Assembly (NCBI GenBank): GCA_003213235.1 | Contig: QCNJ01000005.1 | Coordinates: 6,297 to 70,296 of the forward strand | Direction: 5' to 3' | DNA length: 64,000 bases | Source: Prochlorococcus sp. AG-424-P18 | GTDB taxonomy: Bacteria; Cyanobacteriota; Cyanobacteriia; PCC-6307; Cyanobiaceae | In this document: positions 58,473 through 64,000 of the stretch, piece after piece | Position numbering within the stretch: position 1 is the stretch's first letter | Layout: every line of letters starts with the position of its first letter | The notes under the pieces: model-generated | What the model was told of the DNA's origin: nothing | What the model saw: the letters and a program-made list of their open reading frames with translations, nothing else | Databases searched by the model: none | Position numbers and translations under genes: made by a program

Positions 58473-58709
58473 TTAATTCCAAGGAGTGTTTATAAGTCCC
58501 CAGATATCGAAGAAGAAAAATAAAACTGCAATAACAACAAGATCCCATGCTCTTTCCCTAAAAGCCCAAGGTGCAATAAAAACTTCCCCAAGTCCGTGAA
58601 GTGCCGCCCCTACTGGTAGATGATCAAGAACCAGCAAACTATGAGAGAGGATAAAAAGAAAGCTTGCGAAATATCTAAAAAAAACAAATTGCCAATTACT
58701 AGAACTCAT
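58473..58709 (-). CDS. Small conserved membrane protein (3 TM, His-containing)
   Basis: RYFAS...SH...LHGLGE...PW....AWD. Confidence 0.75.
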   Translation of the reverse strand: MSSSNWQFVFFRYFASFLFILSHSLLVLDHLPVGAALHGLGEVFIAPWAFRERAWDLVVIAVLFFFFDIWGLINTPWN

Positions 58710-58785
58710 GCTTTTTAGATTTTTAAGAAATATACTTCAATGATCAAAATAATGATATAGATCTAGTCAAGAGATATTATTTTTG

Positions 58786-58799
58786 GTAGCCATAAATAC
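58786..58799. promoter_or_regulatory. Putative NtcA box upstream of the ATP-grasp operon
   Basis: GTA-GCCATAAA-TAC, 38 nt before the ATG at 58838. Confidence 0.65.
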
Positions 58800-58837
58800 G
58801 AATAAAGATATAAAGCTAAAGTAAAAGTTACTAAACG

Positions 58838-60280
58838 ATGAAATATATGTTTTCAAGTTATCAGCCTAAAAATAGTTTTGATGAATACTTTAAAGACAAT
58901 GTAAACTCTGCTAGAGAAATATTGATTCCACTTCTTTCATCTTTAGATAATATGGGACTTGAAGAATTAAACAGGAATCACTCTGCCGCAAAAAAATTAT
59001 TACTAAGACATGGTGCAACTTTTAGATTAAACGATACTGGTTTAAAAGGTACTGAGAGAATATTACCTTTTGATCCACTTCCCAGAATAATTAGTAAAGA
59101 TGATTGGGTAACGTTAGAAAAAGGCCTAAAACAAAGGCTTGAGGCAATAGATTTATTCCTAGATGATATTTATAATTCTCAAAAAATAATAAATGATGGA
59201 ATAATTCCAAGAGAATTAATAGAGAGTTCAGAAGGTTGGAGACCTCAGATGATAGGTTTCAAACCTCCACTAAATAAATGGTGTCAAATTTCGGGACTTG
59301 ATTTAATAAGGGATAGAAAAGGAGATTGGCATGTTTTAGAAGATAATTTAAGGTGCCCTTCTGGGGTTGCTTATTTTTTAGAAAATAGATTAGTTATGAA
59401 AAATATTTTTCCTAATCTTTTCTCAGGAAGAATAGTAAAACCAATTGATGAATATCCATCATATCTTTTAAAAACGCTTCAAGAACTTGCTGTTTGGACT
59501 GACACTCCCAAGATAGTTCTACTAACTCCAGGAATTTTTAATAGTGCTTATTTTGAACATAGTTATCTAGCGCAAGAAATGGGCATCCAACTAGTTCAAG
59601 GTCATGACTTAGTTTGTAATGATGATTATGTATATTTAAAAACTACCTCTGGATTAAAAAGAGTAGATGTCATTTACAGGCGAATTGATGATGATTTCTT
59701 AGATCCTCTTAATTTCAGAAAAGATTCCTGCCTTGGTGTTAGCGGATTACTTGATGTTTTTAAGGCAGGTCATGTTGCTTTAGCAAATGCACCTGGTACT
59801 GGAATAGCAGATGACAAAATGATTTATTCATTTGTTCCAAAAATGATTAAATATTATCTTGATGAAGAAATTATTATTAAAAATGTAGAAACGTATATTT
59901 GTCATTACCAAAAGGATCGAGAATATGTTCTAGAAAATTTATCAAAACTTGTTGTTAAGTCTGTAGCAGAAGCCGGTGGTTATGGAATGTTAATTGGACC
60001 TCACTCAACAACCAGTGAAATAGAAGAATTCGCTAATAAAATTAAAAAAAATCCTAGAAATTTCATAGCACAACCAACGTTAGAATTATCTACTGTGCCA
60101 TCGTTATGTGATGGAGAACTATATCCATGTCATGTTGATTTAAGGCCATACATCTTAAGAGGAAAAGATTCATGGGTTAGCCCAGGCGGGCTAACGAGGG
60201 TAGCATTAAAAAAAGGATCATTAGTCGTCAATTCTTCTCAAGGTGGAGGATGCAAAGATACATGGGTTGTAGGTAAATAA
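58838..60280 (+). CDS. Circularly permuted type 2 ATP-grasp protein
   Basis: EDNLRCPSG, YFEH, YRRIDDDFLDP, GGYG, VDLRPY, GGLTRVAL..GSLVVNSSQGGG.KDTWV. Confidence 0.93.
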   Translation: MKYMFSSYQPKNSFDEYFKDNVNSAREILIPLLSSLDNMGLEELNRNHSAAKKLLLRHGATFRLNDTGLKGTERILPFDPLPRIISKDDWVTLEKGLKQRLEAIDLFLDDIYNSQKIINDGIIPRELIESSEGWRPQMIGFKPPLNKWCQISGLDLIRDRKGDWHVLEDNLRCPSGVAYFLENRLVMKNIFPNLFSGRIVKPIDEYPSYLLKTLQELAVWTDTPKIVLLTPGIFNSAYFEHSYLAQEMGIQLVQGHDLVCNDDYVYLKTTSGLKRVDVIYRRIDDDFLDPLNFRKDSCLGVSGLLDVFKAGHVALANAPGTGIADDKMIYSFVPKMIKYYLDEEIIIKNVETYICHYQKDREYVLENLSKLVVKSVAEAGGYGMLIGPHSTTSEIEEFANKIKKNPRNFIAQPTLELSTVPSLCDGELYPCHVDLRPYILRGKDSWVSPGGLTRVALKKGSLVVNSSQGGGCKDTWVVGK

Positions 60281-60281
60281 T

Positions 60282-61223
60282 ATGCTTTTAAGTCGTGTAG
60301 CAGAATCTCTTTATTGGATCAATCGTTATTTAGAACGTGCGGAAAACATATCTCGTTTCGTGGAAGTAAGCGAAGCAATGTCATTAGATTGTCCGCCAGG
60401 AAGTGCAGAACCCTGGCTACCGTTAATTGACGCTTCTAGTGACAGAGAATCTTTTGATAAAAGATTCCCAGAGAAAAAACCCGATGACGTTATTAATTTT
60501 TTAATAAGAGATCGTTTAAACCCCAACAGTATAATTTCTTGCATTCAAATGGCAAGAGAAAATGCACGACAAATCAGAGATGTTATGACCACAGAAATGT
60601 GGGAACAAATTAATATTTTATATTGGAATATGCAAGAAGGAGAAGCAATATGGAATAAACCAAGACAAGAACAATTAAGCGAAATAAGGAGAGAATGTCA
60701 GCTTTTTTATGGAATTACAGATGCGACTCTAAGCAAAGATCTTGCCTGGAGATTCAGCATTCTTGGTAGATTAATCGAAAGAGCTGACAAAACATCAAGA
60801 ATTTTAGATGTTAAATATTATTTACTCTTACCCAGCTTAGATGAACTTGGAGGAGTTCTTGATGAACTGCAATGGATTGCACTTTTACGTTCAGCTGGAG
60901 CATATCAAATGTTTAGGAAAGCAGTGCAAAATTCTATAAAGCCGAATTCAGTTGCGAGATTTCTTTTACTTGATCCAATTTTCCCTAGATCAGTAAGATA
61001 CTGTCTTGATGGGATAAGCAATACTCTTAAATCAATAGATAACTCTCCAAGTACTGAAAATCCTTCAGAATTAGAATGCATGAGAGGTTTGCTTAAAGCA
61101 AAGTGGAGTTATATCAGAATTGAAGATATAATCAATGATGGTTTACATGAGGCGATTGATTCATTGCAAATGGATTTAAATAAATTAAATGATCTCATTC
61201 AAGAAAAATATTTTATTAATTAA
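60282..61223 (+). CDS. Alpha-E domain protein (DUF403)
   Basis: MLLSRVAESLYW..RYLERAEN..R, ARENAR..R, GR.IERAD...R, FPRS. Confidence 0.92.
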   Translation: MLLSRVAESLYWINRYLERAENISRFVEVSEAMSLDCPPGSAEPWLPLIDASSDRESFDKRFPEKKPDDVINFLIRDRLNPNSIISCIQMARENARQIRDVMTTEMWEQINILYWNMQEGEAIWNKPRQEQLSEIRRECQLFYGITDATLSKDLAWRFSILGRLIERADKTSRILDVKYYLLLPSLDELGGVLDELQWIALLRSAGAYQMFRKAVQNSIKPNSVARFLLLDPIFPRSVRYCLDGISNTLKSIDNSPSTENPSELECMRGLLKAKWSYIRIEDIINDGLHEAIDSLQMDLNKLNDLIQEKYFIN

Positions 61224-61234
61224 TAAGTTTATTA

Positions 61235-62092
61235 ATGAGAATTAAATACATTCACAAACTTGAATATAAATACGAAGACCCTGTTCAATTAGGCGAGCAT
61301 AGATTATGTATAAAGCCAAGGTCAAATGGATTCCAAAAGCTAAAGAATTTTGAATTAAAAATAACCCCAGAACCAGAAATTATTTATCCATTACTTGCGG
61401 CCAGCGGGGAAGAGATTAATAGAATCAGATTTAATGGATTAACAGATAATTTAATTATTGAATCAGTCAGTGAAGTTGAAACTATTAAACATCCAAACAT
61501 TATTGATGGAGTTAAAAATAGAGATTTAACATTACCTTTTTGTAGAAGCATTATTAACAGAGATTTACAGGGAGCATTAGAGGGATGGATGCCAAATGGA
61601 CAACACGATCCCTCTGCAGTAGAACTTGCTCAAGAAGCCTTAGCAGGAAGCATTAATAACGCATTATCATTTACCTACCAACTAATAGAGATTATTCAAG
61701 ATCGGGTTAAATATACCAAAAGACATACTGGTCCAGCATGGCCGGCTAGCAGAACACTTAGAGAACGTATAGGTTCATGCAGAGATTTAGCAATGCTTAT
61801 GGTTGAAGCTTGCAGGTCTATAGGTATCCCAAGTAGGTTTGTAAGTGGTTATCATTTTGAAGATCCGTTACCCTCTGAGTTGGATTTACACGCTTGGGCT
61901 GAATTATATATTCCAGGTGCTGGTTGGAGAGGTTTTGATCCAAGCGGAAAAGGATTAATAGATGATAGATATTTAACATTGGTATCCTCTTCAAAATCTA
62001 ATTTAACCTCTGTAATTACAGGAAACTTTATAGGAAAAAATAATTTAGAAAATACTTTATCCTGGGAAATCAAACCTCTTGAAATTAAATAA
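61235..62092 (+). CDS. Bacterial transglutaminase-like protein with N-terminal Ig-like domain
   Basis: H...Y.Y..PV N-terminus; triad GSCRDLA / HAWAE / GFDP; RFVSGY. Confidence 0.92.
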   Translation: MRIKYIHKLEYKYEDPVQLGEHRLCIKPRSNGFQKLKNFELKITPEPEIIYPLLAASGEEINRIRFNGLTDNLIIESVSEVETIKHPNIIDGVKNRDLTLPFCRSIINRDLQGALEGWMPNGQHDPSAVELAQEALAGSINNALSFTYQLIEIIQDRVKYTKRHTGPAWPASRTLRERIGSCRDLAMLMVEACRSIGIPSRFVSGYHFEDPLPSELDLHAWAELYIPGAGWRGFDPSGKGLIDDRYLTLVSSSKSNLTSVITGNFIGKNNLENTLSWEIKPLEIK

Positions 62093-62218
62093 ACACTAAA
62101 TTTTTAATCTTTTAAAATAACAAACAAATATAAATAATAATATGTTTCTTTTTTAGTGTTAATTGATACGTTCTTGTATATATATATCTGTTTTCATTTG
62201 TTTAATCTTTAAAGAAAA

Positions 62219-62740
62219 TTGAACTCAAGTTTAGAAATTCCAGTTATCAAATCAAACAAATCGAAAATGTTTGAATTGATAAGTTATGAAAAATTTCGCG
62301 ATACAAAAGATGTAAGATTTTTTGATATTAGTGTTAATGAATCAAACTATAGAGATCTAGTTATTCACAGTGGGCCTGCAGTTAGTCCTCCAAATGATGA
62401 AGAATTTAAGAATTGGCAATTTTACATACATCACAATCAAGAAGATAATCTACTGGCTATCTCCGGGGGAAGAACATTTTTTCTTGTCAATTTTGGCTGG
62501 GATTATCCTTTTTATAAAGTTAGATTAGAATCTTGCGGATACATTTTAAGAATACCTAGAGGAACTTTTCATAGATCAGTATCTGACCAAAACGGTTCTA
62601 TAGTTTTAAATCAAGCTATAAGAGATAAAGAAGGTACAGTTGAATCTGAATTCAAGGTTACGAATAGCAAAGATAACAAAAAACTTCTAGATTGTATAAC
62701 CAGTTTAGAGCCTAGATTCAAAATTTATAGTGTTAAATAA
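62219..62740 (+). CDS. Cupin-like (RmlC-fold) hypothetical protein
   Basis: FY.H..QED.L...SG.R.F, LRIPRGTFHRS. Confidence 0.75.
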   Translation: MNSSLEIPVIKSNKSKMFELISYEKFRDTKDVRFFDISVNESNYRDLVIHSGPAVSPPNDEEFKNWQFYIHHNQEDNLLAISGGRTFFLVNFGWDYPFYKVRLESCGYILRIPRGTFHRSVSDQNGSIVLNQAIRDKEGTVESEFKVTNSKDNKKLLDCITSLEPRFKIYSVK

Positions 62741-62823
62741 TTTTAAAAAGGAGTTCCAAATTTAGTCATCAATTTTAAAAATTATCTAATTGTTATAAAA
62801 TAGAATTACTCAAATTTATTAAT

Positions 62824-63342
62824 ATGAAATTTTTTAGGTTTTTAAGATATTTTTTATGTATAGCTTTTTCTTTCTTGGTTTTATCCTCTCCAGTTTTTGC
62901 TGGAGCGAATGTTGCTGTTAAGGGAGAAGGAGATGAAGTTCCAAGTTATGTAAGATCTAATATCACAGGATTCGATTTCCATGGAGAGGATCTTCATTTA
63001 TCTTCTATAGCTGGAGCAGTTGCTAGAGATGCAGATTTTAGTGATGTTGATTTACATGGAACTACATTAACCCTATCTGATTTAAAAGGTTCTAATTTAA
63101 ATGGAATCGACCTGACCGATACTCTTTCTGATCGAGTTAATTTCCAAAAAACAGATCTTAGAAATGCTGTTTTAATAAATATGATCGCATCAGGCAGCAG
63201 TTTTGCAGGAGCTCAAATAGAAGGAGCAGATTTTTCTTATGCCATCCTTGACAGCGAAGACCAAAGAAATCTTTGTGAAATCGCTGATGGGATCAATCCA
63301 ACAACAGGAGTTTCAACAAGAGAAAGTCTTGAGTGTAGTTAG
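62824..63342 (+). CDS. Secreted/lumenal pentapeptide repeat protein
   Basis: Signal peptide, ADFSD/SNLNG/TDLRN repeats, C-terminal LC..A.G.NP.TG..TR.SL.C. Confidence 0.9.
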   Translation: MKFFRFLRYFLCIAFSFLVLSSPVFAGANVAVKGEGDEVPSYVRSNITGFDFHGEDLHLSSIAGAVARDADFSDVDLHGTTLTLSDLKGSNLNGIDLTDTLSDRVNFQKTDLRNAVLINMIASGSSFAGAQIEGADFSYAILDSEDQRNLCEIADGINPTTGVSTRESLECS

Positions 63343-63351
63343 CATTAAAAA

Positions 63352-63705
63352 TTATAAGTAAACTTTCTTACCGTCATTAAATTTATAAATCCTTTGTTCA
63401 TCGTCTTGAAATATCATCTCGCCATTTAATTTGGATTTCCTAAATTTTGAAAGTCTTGCTCTGTGTATATTGGATTTTCTATTTATATTTTCTTCGTTAT
63501 CATAAATACCAATATAAATATTTATATTAGGATTTGAGAAAGTTTTTTCTTCCTCTCTTAAAAAAATCCTGTCAATATTTGTTTGCGTGCTCTGTAATTT
63601 ATTTTTAAATTTATCTAATTTTAAGTTCTTTGTTTTTTTAGAATTAATTTTTTTGAAGACCAAAAAAATAACTCCTAAAATTAGAAAAACTAAAAATACA
63701 TTCAT
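63352..63705 (-). CDS. Hypothetical membrane-anchored protein
   Basis: TM then K.NIHRARLSKF. Confidence 0.7.
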   Translation of the reverse strand: MNVFLVFLILGVIFLVFKKINSKKTKNLKLDKFKNKLQSTQTNIDRIFLREEEKTFSNPNINIYIGIYDNEENINRKSNIHRARLSKFRKSKLNGEMIFQDDEQRIYKFNDGKKVYL

Positions 63706-63896
63706 TACTTAATTTTTATTTTTATATCCACGCCTAAGTTACTTTTAGTAGTTAATATTTCTTTTTTTATGATTCCATAGGTAAAAATTTTAGATAAAGT
63801 TTTTAAAGAATTAAAAACTAAAAAAACAGTAAATAAAAAGAAAACAATAATGTTTTCTACAAGTAGATTTTTATTTTTATTATCTAGATTTCTCAT
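63705..63896 (-). CDS. Hypothetical small membrane protein
   Basis: 63 aa, coupled to the downstream ORF. Confidence 0.5.
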   Translation of the reverse strand: MRNLDNKNKNLLVENIIVFFLFTVFLVFNSLKTLSKIFTYGIIKKEILTTKSNLGVDIKIKIK

Positions 63897-63912
63897 ATAA
63901 GTCTTAATTCAA

Positions 63913-63999
63913 TTATTTTTCATCACTATTTGCATATGGGCCGAAAAATTCACTTGCGTCTCTTCCCATTACTTTAGCAAGATTTAAACTTTTATCTAT
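63913..63999 (-). CDS. 3' end of a gene entering from beyond the window
   Basis: ...IDKSLNLAKVMGRDASEFFGPYANSDEK-stop. Confidence 0.45.
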   Translation of the reverse strand: MDKSLNLAKVMGRDASEFFGPYANSDEK

Positions 64000-64000
64000 A

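Noticed and set aside
62156-62169. GTG-N8-TAC NtcA variant upstream of the cupin gene
   Set aside because: Non-canonical and likely by chance in AT-rich DNA; no supporting promoter layout confirmed.

Overview
Very AT-rich marine picocyanobacterial chromosome. Gene content, order and the sRNA families point to high-light Prochlorococcus (inference from recognised proteins, not a database result). Bases 1-11.5 kb are core genes: the 3' part of chlH, folP, tpiA, an S4-domain gene, an ABC exporter, carB, rsfS, ycf36, asparaginase II and initiator tRNA-Met. From about 11.6 to 50.9 kb is a variable region dense in small and membrane ORFs. It includes an ABC-2 transporter, an HNH nuclease, a phosphoribosyltransferase plus nucleoside deoxyribosyltransferase pair, rpsU, pepN, purT, a glutathione peroxidase, dusB, an Mrr-like nuclease, two fibrillins, a Psb34-like gene, a frameshifted TM2-like gene, and tandem Yfr10-like and Yfr2-family sRNAs. 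Bases 51-57 kb hold a zinc-homeostasis cluster (znuB, zur, znuC, znuA, COG0523 GTPase, WD40 protein) with a clear Zur box. Bases 57-62 kb hold two NtcA boxes, a structured RNA with two small ORFs, and an operon of circularly permuted ATP-grasp, alpha-E and transglutaminase genes. Most interesting: (1) the same unnamed ~125-aa domain appears inserted in both ZnuA and the COG0523 GTPase; (2) zur lies antisense between znuC and znuB, suggesting a noncontiguous operon; (3) the peptide-ligase operon has an NtcA box and no Anbu gene; (4) the uORF/sORF structured RNA. No CRISPR array, rRNA, integrase or transposase was seen.
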